From positions 1,280,001 to 1,344,000 of the forward strand of contig OY762428.1 of the NCBI GenBank assembly GCA_963665665.1: DNA of 64,000 nt, read 5' to 3'. Position numbers and translations under genes: made by a program. Of the stretch, positions 1 to 8,702 are shown in pieces. Each line of letters begins with the position of its first letter. Within the stretch, counting starts at the first letter, position 1. The DNA is from Candidatus Kapaibacterium sp. (GTDB lineage Bacteria; Bacteroidota; Ignavibacteria; Kapaibacteriales; UBA2268). A model generated the notes under the pieces. The model did not search any database, was not told where the DNA came from, and saw nothing but the letters and a program-made list of their open reading frames with translations.

Positions 1-507
1 GCAAAGCTGACTCTTACAGGAAAGCTTGGCGATGTGATGAAAGAATCGGCAATGGCAGCACTATCTTATGTCAGGTCTAATTTCAGAAAGCTGAATGTAC
101 CTGAGAACTTCCAGAAAAAAAGCGAAATACATATTCATGTTCCGGAAGGCGCCATTCCCAAGGATGGCCCGTCGGCCGGTATTACTATGACTATGGCCCT
201 GATTTCATGCGCTTCAAAGAAGAAGCTTAAAGGCGATACGGCAATGACAGGCGAAGTTACTCTGCGCGGGAATATACTCCCGATCGGCGGACTGAACGAA
301 AAGCTTCTTGCAGCAAAACGCCTCGGCATCAAATCGGTTCTTATTCCGATGGACAACAAAAGAGATATTGAAGATATCGACAAGGAGATCACGGATGGAC
401 TGGAAATTATTCCGGTAAAAAATATCGAGCAAGCTTTGCCACATGCCTTCAGGAATTGGGAAGTCAAAAAACAGAGAAAAACAGCAACTAAGGCCAAATC
501 GAAATAA
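1..507 (+). CDS. lon: Lon protease, C-terminal proteolytic domain (5' partial)
   Basis: Frame is open from base 1. HIHVPEGAIPKDGPSAG catalytic Ser motif and TGEVTLRG...IGGLNEK Lys motif. Confidence 0.95.
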   Translation, partial: AKLTLTGKLGDVMKESAMAALSYVRSNFRKLNVPENFQKKSEIHIHVPEGAIPKDGPSAGITMTMALISCASKKKLKGDTAMTGEVTLRGNILPIGGLNEKLLAAKRLGIKSVLIPMDNKRDIEDIDKEITDGLEIIPVKNIEQALPHAFRNWEVKKQRKTATKAKSK

Positions 508-529
508 TCATTGCAAATATATTTATATT

Positions 530-560
530 AAAGCCCGGGGTTGAACATCCGGGCTTTTTT
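530..560 (+). terminator. Intrinsic terminator after lon
   Basis: AAAGCCCGG-loop-CCGGGCTTTTTT hairpin with U-tract. Confidence 0.8.
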
Positions 561-663
561 AATTATGATAATTTCTTGAATAATATCCGAACTTCAGAAA
601 TTTAAAGTACACCCTATTAATACTTCTCCTTTACAAAAAGATAACAGCGGAGAACATTTCTAT

Positions 664-1110
664 CCGTCATTCCCCGGCTCGTCGGGGTCAGCGGGGGACA
701 GTGCCGTTTTTGTTCTGATGTCCCCCTCAACGATGGTGGGACCGTCAGGCCGGGGAGGATTTTCAAGTAATTCTATGCTTTAAAACCCCATTTAAAAATC
801 TGTTTTGCAAGAGCATCCTTTTAATTGGTACGTATCTTCGAGTTGTTTTCCACCCCTGCCCTTCGGGCATCTCTCAAGAGGGGAAGTTTTATAAAATCAG
901 CCATCCAGAAAGCGGCGTAGCCGCGACATTTTTGTAGAAAGACGAATCCGGAAAGGACAACAGCCCCGTAGGGGCGACATTGGCAAAAGATTGTGTCGCT
1001 CCTACGGAGCTTTTAATAATCGCAATGTAAACATTATCTACAAAAATTCCGCTCCTACGGAGCTTTTTCCCTTCTTCCGAAGAATGTGGCCGGGGTGAAG
1101 CAGGAAGGGG
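664..1110. repeat. Cluster of GC-rich REP-like palindromes
   Basis: Nested stems at 671-757, CCACCCCTGCCCTTCGGGCA...GAGGGGAA at 850-886, and two GCTCCTACGGAGCT copies with TTTTTGTAGA/TCTACAAAAA inverted ends at 910-1064. Confidence 0.6.
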
Positions 1111-1255
1111 CGGAGATAAAGCACCAATGGTCGACACTATTGAACCAATGTTTTGCTTTATTGCTGCCTTGTTTTACTTCAAAACCCTCTCCTTCGGGGA
1201 GGGTTTGGGAGGGGTCAGAGGTATTGAGGTCTTGTTTGCACCTATTGCACCGATG

Positions 1256-1522
1256 TTTGAAGATAATGACGCCTTGGTTGAAGTTATTGATGCCTTTGTC
1301 GGAGTCATTGACGCCTTGGTCGAAGTCATTGATGCCTTGGTTGAAGATAATGACGCCTTGGTCGGAGTCATTGATGCCTTGGTCGAAGTCATTGCTGCCT
1401 TGGTCGAAGTCATTGCTGCCTTGGTCGAAGTCATTGCTGCCTTGGTCGAAGTCATTGCCGCCTTGGTTGAAGTCATTGATGCCTTGGTTGGAGTTATTGC
1501 TGCCTTGTTTGAAGATAATGAG
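1256..1522 (+). repeat. 21-bp tandem array, arm A (copy 1), about 12.7 units
   Basis: Consensus GTCGAAGTCATTG(A/C)TGCCTTG repeated without spacers. Confidence 0.97.
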
Positions 1523-1526
1523 TAAC

Positions 1527-1841
1527 CTCAATAAGGTCAAACAAGTCCTCAATAAGGCTAAACAAGTCCTCAGTAAAGTCAAACAAGTCCTCAATAAGGC
1601 TAAACAAGTCCTCAATAAGGCTAAACAAGTCCTCAGTAAGGCTAAACAAGTCCTCAGTAAAGTCAAACAAGTCCTCAATAAGGCCAAACAAGACCTCAAT
1701 AAGGTCAACCAAGACCTCAATAAGGTCAAACAAGTCCTCAGTAAAGTCAAACAAGACCTCAGTAAGGTCAACCAAGTCCTCAGTAAAGTCAAACAAGTCC
1801 TCAATGAGGCCAAATTTCACTACAATAAGGCCAAACAGTAG
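1527..1841 (+). repeat. 21-bp tandem array, arm B (copy 1), 15 units
   Basis: Consensus CTCA(A/G)TAA(G/A)G(CT/TC)AAACAAG(T/A)C repeated without spacers. Confidence 0.97.
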
Positions 1842-2187
1842 TTCAATACCACCGGCCAAGGCGGTATAAAGCCCTGCCAAAAAAGCAATTAGCCCAAACA
1901 TCAGGATTCTGGTTCAAAACAGCGTTGAAATAAGGAAATTATCCGATTCATTGATACCACAGGATGGGGAATTAAGTCCGGCGGTTGGTTCATTGGGGTG
2001 GAAGAACGGGGGGAGAGGGCCGGAGAAGGAAGTATTATGTTGTCATTCTGACGGAGCGAACCGACCGAAGAATCCATGCAAAATAGCAGATAATTTATAA
2101 AGAATGGATTCTTCGCTGGCGCTCAGAATGACCTTCCGGCCTTATAATCGTCAAATTCAATAGCCAGGTGCTTTAGCTCGTGGATAA
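1842..2187. repeat. Non-tandem tail of the element, inverted homolog of 11507-11974, includes a REP pair
   Basis: Near-identical reverse complement of 11740-11974 and 11507-11594. GTCATTCTGA...GAAGAATCC / GGATTCTTCG...CAGAATGAC pair at 2042-2132. Confidence 0.93.
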
Positions 2188-2282
2188 GGGCGTAACGTCC
2201 GGATGAAAGGCTATTTAAAAAAAACGTCCGGCACTTTAAAAGTATCGGACGTCTGAATATAAGTGAATTCTATTAATTCATT

Positions 2283-4622
2283 CTACCAGTAAATACCTTC
2301 AAGGTTCAGCTTGCGGCTGTCGTTGAACATTTCCTTGTCTTCGGTGCTTGTGAATGAAGAGGAAATTTCATTATATGCCTTGGCGGCCCACTGCGCGTCG
2401 TTGAAAATAGTTACAATGCCTTCGGCCCATGTAAGTTTGTCGACGGGAGTTTTCAGGGCGGATTTAGCGCTGCTGTACACTTCTTTGACTTTAGTCCTTC
2501 TTATGCCGAGTTCCCTAAGCCTTACGGCCAGGTTGTAAAGCATTTCTCCGCTTTCACAAAGCGAGGCAGCTTCTTTGTAGTATTTCATGGCATTGGCGTC
2601 GTCTTCAAGCTTGCAGTAAATACTTCCCACGTAGCCCTTTGTCATGAAGTCGCCTTTTTCGGCAGCAAGGTTAAGCAGTTCAAGTGTTTTATCCTTGTTT
2701 TCCAGGGCGTTGTATATTATACGTGCCAGCCTGGTAAAGTCATAAGGATCGGCGGTTTCGTCAGCTTTCAGTTTTTCTTCGAACATTGCAGTAAATTTCT
2801 CGACAAGAGATTTAGATTTATTTTTATCTTTGATCTCATCGAAAGTAATATTCACGAGGTCTTCGAGTTGGAACATAAACCTGACTTTGTTTTCAGCCAT
2901 AAAGTCAAGAATCCTGATTACCCATTCCTTATCGGATAAATACTTATTAATAGCTTTGATAAGTTTCTGATATTTTTTCGGGTCGAACATGGTATCGGCA
3001 AGAAGAGTTTCAGCCTTATCAAGAAGCTTTATGCAATAGTATTTATCATCAAGGGCTTCCATCATTTCTTCATTGATATCAAGGTAATCCTTCAGCGTCA
3101 GTGCATGGTCCTCACGTTTCTGAAATTCCTTGTAAATATCCTGGTTGGCTTCGCGTTTCTGATATTTCTCATCCACGCGGGCAGCCCAGTCAGCATCGTC
3201 GGCAAAATGATTTTTAACTGAATCAACAACCTTTTTCATTTCTTCAAGGGTTGTTACGTTTTCTTCGGCGGCTGTAATGATAGTTTTTGCGTAATCTTTA
3301 TCAGCAATCACTTCAATCACTTTTTCGCCTATCTGAAGCATCTCGGGAGAATTAGCAGCTATCTTTTCTACGCTTTCAAGGATTGAACGGCAAAAATCTT
3401 TATCGCCGAGTTGTTTGTCTACTTCGCCGAGCAATTCGATATACTGCGTGAATTTCTTACAGTTATCCTGAGATTTCTGATAGATTGTTTTAGCATAGGC
3501 TTTATCGTCAAGGTTTTTAATAATATCGCCTGCCAGAATCATCAGTTCTTTCGGATCTGTAATGCTTTCTTCAGCGCGTTTGTAAATTTCAAGGGCATAG
3601 TCCTTGTCCTTCACATCGTCGATAACGGCCTGTGCCAGCATTGTCAGGTCTTTAGCACCGGACATTTTGCTTTCTGCCCTGGCATAGAATTTCTTTGCAA
3701 GTTCAAGGTCCTGCATCTCGGTAGCAATATTCTTAGCAAATTCGAGAAGCTGTGCCTTGTCGCTGATATCGTTCATGCCTTTTTCATAAGCTTCCGATGC
3801 AGCTTCTTTGTTTTTAAGAAGGTCCCAGTAGCCTTTAGCCAGGTCGATATTTTCTTCACCGGACATAGCGAAGTCGGCAGCCTGCTCCATAAGCTCTTCG
3901 GCTTTTTCTTTATCATCGCAATATTTGATAAATCCGGTAGCGAGGAACACATATTCTTTTGTGAACTGGGCTTCGTCTTCAACGTCTTCGAGCAGTTCGG
4001 CAATCCATTCTTTATCGCCAAAGAGTTCATTGATGGAAGAACAGAGCCCGAAAGTTTCTTCAATTCCGTCAACCTTGTTTTCAGCTTTTTTAAAGAATGC
4101 CTTAGCTGTTTCCTTATCGTTCTGTTCTTCGATAAGGGATTTTGCCAGATTTTTATAATCGTCTAACGTTTTGCACTGTTCTTCAACTTTACCCATCAGT
4201 TCTTTTGCTTTATCCTCATCTCCGAGGTCGGACTGAACATACTGGGATATTGTAAGGAATTCTGCAATTTTTGATGCACTGTCAGCTGCCTGTTCGAGCA
4301 ATTCTTCTGCTTTTTCTTTATCGTCAAGAAGGGTAGCATAGCCATGGCCTACAACGGCATATTCCATAGCTTCGAAACAACCGTCTTCGCCTTCTTCCAG
4401 CATATCGCCGGCATAGTCCTTGTCATCAAGGCCCGTGGCATAGACTTCCGCGATTTTCACATAATCTGCCGGGAATTGGCAGTCGCCTTCGGCATTATCT
4501 AAGAGTTCCCTGGCATAGTCCTGGTCCGCGGGTTCCTGCGTTGCTTCCATGGCAAGCTGCGCCATTTCGGCAACAGTTGTGCATTCAGCTTCGCGTGCCT
4601 CAAGATCAGCTCTTGTTGCCAT
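2283..4622 (-). CDS. Uncharacterised acidic alpha-helical repeat protein (779 aa), third gene of the qmo-like operon
   Basis: Long ORF with AGGAG RBS and about 35-aa repeats containing a DKxxAxxLLxxA motif. No signal peptide or TM segment seen. Confidence 0.85.
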   Translation of the reverse strand: MATRADLEAREAECTTVAEMAQLAMEATQEPADQDYARELLDNAEGDCQFPADYVKIAEVYATGLDDKDYAGDMLEEGEDGCFEAMEYAVVGHGYATLLDDKEKAEELLEQAADSASKIAEFLTISQYVQSDLGDEDKAKELMGKVEEQCKTLDDYKNLAKSLIEEQNDKETAKAFFKKAENKVDGIEETFGLCSSINELFGDKEWIAELLEDVEDEAQFTKEYVFLATGFIKYCDDKEKAEELMEQAADFAMSGEENIDLAKGYWDLLKNKEAASEAYEKGMNDISDKAQLLEFAKNIATEMQDLELAKKFYARAESKMSGAKDLTMLAQAVIDDVKDKDYALEIYKRAEESITDPKELMILAGDIIKNLDDKAYAKTIYQKSQDNCKKFTQYIELLGEVDKQLGDKDFCRSILESVEKIAANSPEMLQIGEKVIEVIADKDYAKTIITAAEENVTTLEEMKKVVDSVKNHFADDADWAARVDEKYQKREANQDIYKEFQKREDHALTLKDYLDINEEMMEALDDKYYCIKLLDKAETLLADTMFDPKKYQKLIKAINKYLSDKEWVIRILDFMAENKVRFMFQLEDLVNITFDEIKDKNKSKSLVEKFTAMFEEKLKADETADPYDFTRLARIIYNALENKDKTLELLNLAAEKGDFMTKGYVGSIYCKLEDDANAMKYYKEAASLCESGEMLYNLAVRLRELGIRRTKVKEVYSSAKSALKTPVDKLTWAEGIVTIFNDAQWAAKAYNEISSSFTSTEDKEMFNDSRKLNLEGIYW

Positions 4623-4698
4623 ATTTCACTCCTGTATATTATTATATTAATTTTCAGTATAATCTGGCTCCCGAAACCGGGAGCCGCTTTAATCATAA

Positions 4699-6936
4699 TT
4701 ACATTTCTTTATACGGGTTGGGACCGACTTCATCAATAGTTTCAGCGAAGTTATTGATAATATCCGGCAGCTTGTGATACTCATCGATGGCAAGCATGTG
4801 GAGTTCAACCCTTTCAGGTTCAAGAACAAGCTGTTTCAGTTTTTCCTGAACATTTTCCATTCTCTTGTTAGCAAGCATACTGCCGTGAATAAAGTGGCAC
4901 TGGTAATCGTCGCCGTACTTACAGCCGAACAGGATAACGCCATCGAAACCTGCTGAAAGTGAATCTGCTATCCAGCTTGTATTCACCGAACCAAGGCAGC
5001 GCACCGGGATGATCCTGATATTCGGGGTTATCTGTGCCCTGCTTTTTGCAATAGTGTCCAGTGACGGATAGGCATCGTTCTCGCACATGAAGCAGAGAAT
5101 CCTTGGTGTGGCTTCTCCGTCATCTTCTTCCGTAGGTACGTAAATCGATTTGATCATATTGGAGATCATGCGCACGGAGTAGTTCTTGAAGCTGATGATC
5201 CTTTCCGGACATGCCCCCATACAGATACCGCAGCGACGGCAGCGAGTCGGGTTGGGTTTTGGAGTTCCTTTGGCATCTTCATCAAGTGTGCCAAAGGGGC
5301 ATTCCTCGGTACAGCGTTTACACTGTGTACATCTTTGCAGGAAGAAGTCCGGGAATGAAGTATCGCCCGAACGCGGATGAACTGCCTGGCCCTGTTTTGC
5401 ATTTTCGATAATCTGGATAGCTTTCAGTGCTGCACCGTAGGCATCGTTCTTTGCTGTCATGATATCCATTGGGGCCCTTACCGTACCGGCTGCATATACA
5501 CCTGTCCTCCTTGTTTCGTATGGGAAGCAAATATAGTGTGAATCAGGGAACCCATATTTCAATGTCGGTAGGTCTGTTCCCTGCCTGTATGTAAGCTGTA
5601 GTATCTGAGCTCCTGCTTCAGCCCCTGCGGCGGCTTTTTTGCCGTCTTCAAGTTCAGCTTCGTCAGCAGCCTGGCCGTTACCGTTTTCTTCAACTTTCGT
5701 GGATGGAACCATACCTGTTGCCAGAACAACCAGGTCAGCACTAATTGAAATATTTTCGCCAATCAGGGTGTCGTCAACATCAACTGTTATTTCGCCGTTT
5801 TCATTCTCCGCTATATTGGCAATTTCACCCTTGGTAAGGAATATATTATCGGCTGCCTGCACTCTTTTGTAGAATGATTCGTACTGCGCCGGTGTACGCA
5901 TATCTTTATAGATCACAAAAATTCTTGCATCAGGATATTTTTCCCTTACATAAAGGGATTGCTTCAGCGAAGTCATACAGCAGAAACCCGAGCAGTATGG
6001 CAGGTGGTTTTCATCCCTGGAACCGGCGCACTGGACGAATACAACAGTTTTAATATTGCTATCGTCAGATGGTTTTTTGATAACGCCGTTCTTTGCCATT
6101 TCCTCAAGTTCAATATTGGTTACCACGTTCTTCATCTCGCCGTAACCGAGGTGGCCGAGTTTATTAGCGTCGTAAGGTTTCCAGCCTGTTGCCTGAACAA
6201 TAGCACCAACCTGGAATTCAATATTACTACCTTTATGTTCGGCTGTAATATCATACATACCGGGAGCACCATCGGTTTTCTTTATCGTGGTATTCAGGAG
6301 AACCTGGATATTCTTGTCAGATTTAACTTCTGCAATCAGTTCTTCGCTGCGGTTGGGCTGGAGGTCGAGATAAGGTTCGCCGAATGGAGTTGTTTTATAA
6401 AGTTTATTATAAAAGCCGCCAAGCTTATCTTCTTTTTCAACAAGTATAACGTGGTAATCAGCTTTGGAAGCTGCAATAGCGGCATTCATACCTGCCACAC
6501 CGCCGCCAACAACCATCACGGTTTCATTAATATCAAGTTCCAATGGTTCGGGATATTCCATCACATTAACTTTGGCAAGGCCCATTTTCATGTAGTCAAG
6601 AGCCATGTTGTATGTGTTAATATCGCCTGCTTCGTGCATCCAGGCAACCTGTTCACGCAGGTTCACCCTGTCCAGCATTACATGTTTGTCGAATCTGAAA
6701 AGCTCTGTATGGTATCGTGGAGAACTTGCGCCAATAACAACAGCGTTAAGGCCGTTTTCTGCAATATCTTTTTTAACTTCTTCCACACCGGCTTTTGTAC
6801 AAAGGTTTTCCATAACTTTTACAAGAGCCACGTTTTCCTGGCCGGCGAGGTCTTCTTTCAGCTTTTCGCAGTCAACAGCCTCGCCTATACCGAATGCAGA
6901 GCAAATATATAATCCTACTTTTCTTTCATCAGCCAT
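4699..6936 (-). CDS. qmoB: QmoB-like protein (HdrA-like FAD domain + 2x[4Fe-4S] + MvhD-like domain)
   Basis: VVGGGVAG FAD motif, QCAGSRD and YCSGFCC, CTQCKRCTEECP and CRRCGICMGACP ferredoxin motifs, C-terminal CENDAYP...VRCLGS...GCKYGDDYQCHF. Confidence 0.9.
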   Translation of the reverse strand: MADERKVGLYICSAFGIGEAVDCEKLKEDLAGQENVALVKVMENLCTKAGVEEVKKDIAENGLNAVVIGASSPRYHTELFRFDKHVMLDRVNLREQVAWMHEAGDINTYNMALDYMKMGLAKVNVMEYPEPLELDINETVMVVGGGVAGMNAAIAASKADYHVILVEKEDKLGGFYNKLYKTTPFGEPYLDLQPNRSEELIAEVKSDKNIQVLLNTTIKKTDGAPGMYDITAEHKGSNIEFQVGAIVQATGWKPYDANKLGHLGYGEMKNVVTNIELEEMAKNGVIKKPSDDSNIKTVVFVQCAGSRDENHLPYCSGFCCMTSLKQSLYVREKYPDARIFVIYKDMRTPAQYESFYKRVQAADNIFLTKGEIANIAENENGEITVDVDDTLIGENISISADLVVLATGMVPSTKVEENGNGQAADEAELEDGKKAAAGAEAGAQILQLTYRQGTDLPTLKYGFPDSHYICFPYETRRTGVYAAGTVRAPMDIMTAKNDAYGAALKAIQIIENAKQGQAVHPRSGDTSFPDFFLQRCTQCKRCTEECPFGTLDEDAKGTPKPNPTRCRRCGICMGACPERIISFKNYSVRMISNMIKSIYVPTEEDDGEATPRILCFMCENDAYPSLDTIAKSRAQITPNIRIIPVRCLGSVNTSWIADSLSAGFDGVILFGCKYGDDYQCHFIHGSMLANKRMENVQEKLKQLVLEPERVELHMLAIDEYHKLPDIINNFAETIDEVGPNPYKEM

Positions 6937-6937
6937 T

Positions 6938-8206
6938 TTATTTGCTCCTCTTAATAATATGAATAGCTTTCATGGCAGCACCGGTTGATTCCTGAACAAC
7001 ACCGGCAACATCTTTCGGGCGTGTACATACGCCGCACCCGATAATTCCGTCTTTAATATCCGTTCTTACAAAACCGCACCTGTCCAGAAGTTCAGGATTG
7101 AATTCGGCAATTTTCTGTGTGCGCGGTTTCATACCTGTGGCAAGAACTACAAGGTCAACGTCAAGCTGGTTCAGTTCGCCGGCAATAGTATCTTCGGCTT
7201 CAACTGTCAACTTGTCGGAACCGTGTTCTTTGAAGACTTTAGCAACTTTACCGCGGTGGAAGAATAATTTCTCATCTTCTTTGGTATCATTGTAGAAATC
7301 TTCAAAAATTCCATAAGACCGAATATCAATATAAAATATATGTACTTCCGCTTCGGGAAGCTGTTCGCGTATATAACGAGCCTGTTTCAGCGATGCAAGG
7401 CAGCATATCGAAGAGCAGTATTCCAGGTGGTTTTCATCCCTGGAGCCTGCGCACTGCACAAATGCCACACTTTTTATTTCTTTATCCATACCCGGAACCT
7501 GTATCTTTCCTTCAGTAGGTCCGTTAGGTGCGGCGAGCCTTTCAAGCTCAACGTTGGTGATTACATCCGGGTTGTTCTTATAGCCAAGAAGTTCAAGCTT
7601 ATTTGCATCATAAGGATCCCAACCGGCAGCCCAAATAACTGATTTAGCAGTAAAGACTTTGGTTTCCGGTTTCTGTGCCAGGTCAAGGCAGTCAGTAAAT
7701 TTTTCCCCGAGTTCGTCAAGCTTATCTGCCGGGCAGGCAGATTTGTCGAATACATATTTCATGGGGAAAGCATTGTTGTAGGGCATATACATTATTTTTG
7801 ATTTATTCAGCCCGTAGTTAAAATCATCATCTTTTGTGAACTCAATTTCGGAAGCTACTTTCTCGCACAGGTCTTCCGGGGCTTCATCCCGAATATAGCG
7901 CGGTGTTATCTTAACTGTAACTTCATAATTTCCGGGTTCGCCCTTAATACTTTCAACTTCCGTAAGTGTATAAAGAGTTATTCTCGGGTTTTCTTTCAGC
8001 CTTTTTGTGTTGATCTCCAGGCCGCAAGTCGGGGGACATAATTTTGGGAAATACTGGTTTAGCTGTGCAACGCGCCCTCCGATGAAGGGATTCTTTTCGA
8101 TCAGGGTAACATTGAACCCTGTTTCGGCTGTTTCAAGCGCTGCTGATAAACCGGAAATTCCCGCCCCCACTACCAGAACGTCGGTTGCGATGGTTTTTTT
8201 TTCCAT
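6938..8206 (-). CDS. qmoA: QmoA-like HdrA-family flavoprotein
   Basis: VVGAGISG, QYFPKLCPPTCG, QCAGSRD and YCSSICC motifs. About 420 aa and directly upstream of qmoB. Confidence 0.9.
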   Translation of the reverse strand: MEKKTIATDVLVVGAGISGLSAALETAETGFNVTLIEKNPFIGGRVAQLNQYFPKLCPPTCGLEINTKRLKENPRITLYTLTEVESIKGEPGNYEVTVKITPRYIRDEAPEDLCEKVASEIEFTKDDDFNYGLNKSKIMYMPYNNAFPMKYVFDKSACPADKLDELGEKFTDCLDLAQKPETKVFTAKSVIWAAGWDPYDANKLELLGYKNNPDVITNVELERLAAPNGPTEGKIQVPGMDKEIKSVAFVQCAGSRDENHLEYCSSICCLASLKQARYIREQLPEAEVHIFYIDIRSYGIFEDFYNDTKEDEKLFFHRGKVAKVFKEHGSDKLTVEAEDTIAGELNQLDVDLVVLATGMKPRTQKIAEFNPELLDRCGFVRTDIKDGIIGCGVCTRPKDVAGVVQESTGAAMKAIHIIKRSK

Positions 8207-8702
8207 AACAGGCCTTTCCGTTATTAATCAATAGAATTATTTATTATCGAAAATTCAATTCTGATTTATTGTTCTATTCGTCAAGCCTTTGCGGTCATTA
8301 TCCGTGCATCTCGTCTTTTTTAAACTAAAACAGGGGTTGTTCATTCCCCCTACAGCGTATCGCGTCATCAATTCCTAAAAGTCGTCGGAATATAAACCAT
8401 AAGGGCTGTTCAAACAAAATGTATTCTGATATTGTAACCTGACTGTTGGCGGGGCTTTCTTGTTGATTTTTATAAGCTGTAGAAAAAAAATGAAATAGCT
8501 TTGCCAAAATCATTTTTTTGTTGATTTCAATATAGAATTTCTTCTGATTTTCAAGCATTTTCAGCAGGCGATCCATAAATATTCTATCTGATGTTTTTTT
8601 TTGAATTAGTCGCAAACAAAAAAAATAATTTTTTTTGCGACCAATTGCCGTTTGATCGGTTATTACTGTAAACGTCTTTCAAAATTTGTTAGCGGAGTCT
8701 TT

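Noticed and set aside
1256-1841. CRISPR array interpretation of the 21/42-bp repeats (also 11975-12877)
   Set aside because: Units are contiguous with no unique spacers, and no cas genes are in the window.
1055-1901. Overlapping ORFs in five frames across the arrays (and 11891-12923) as annotated genes
   Set aside because: Open frames follow trivially from a stop-free 21-bp period and there is no independent coding evidence. They are kept only as hypotheses in the findings.
3411-6988. Long antisense ORFs (3411-4166, 5959-6912, 6605-6988)
   Set aside because: Shadows of the well-supported minus-strand genes, with no recognisable motifs.
8207-8700. FNR/Rex-type site or aprA remnant upstream of qmoA, and the 96-aa ORF 8325-8615
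   Set aside because: Only partial TTGAT half-sites in very AT-rich DNA. The ORF has no recognisable similarity.
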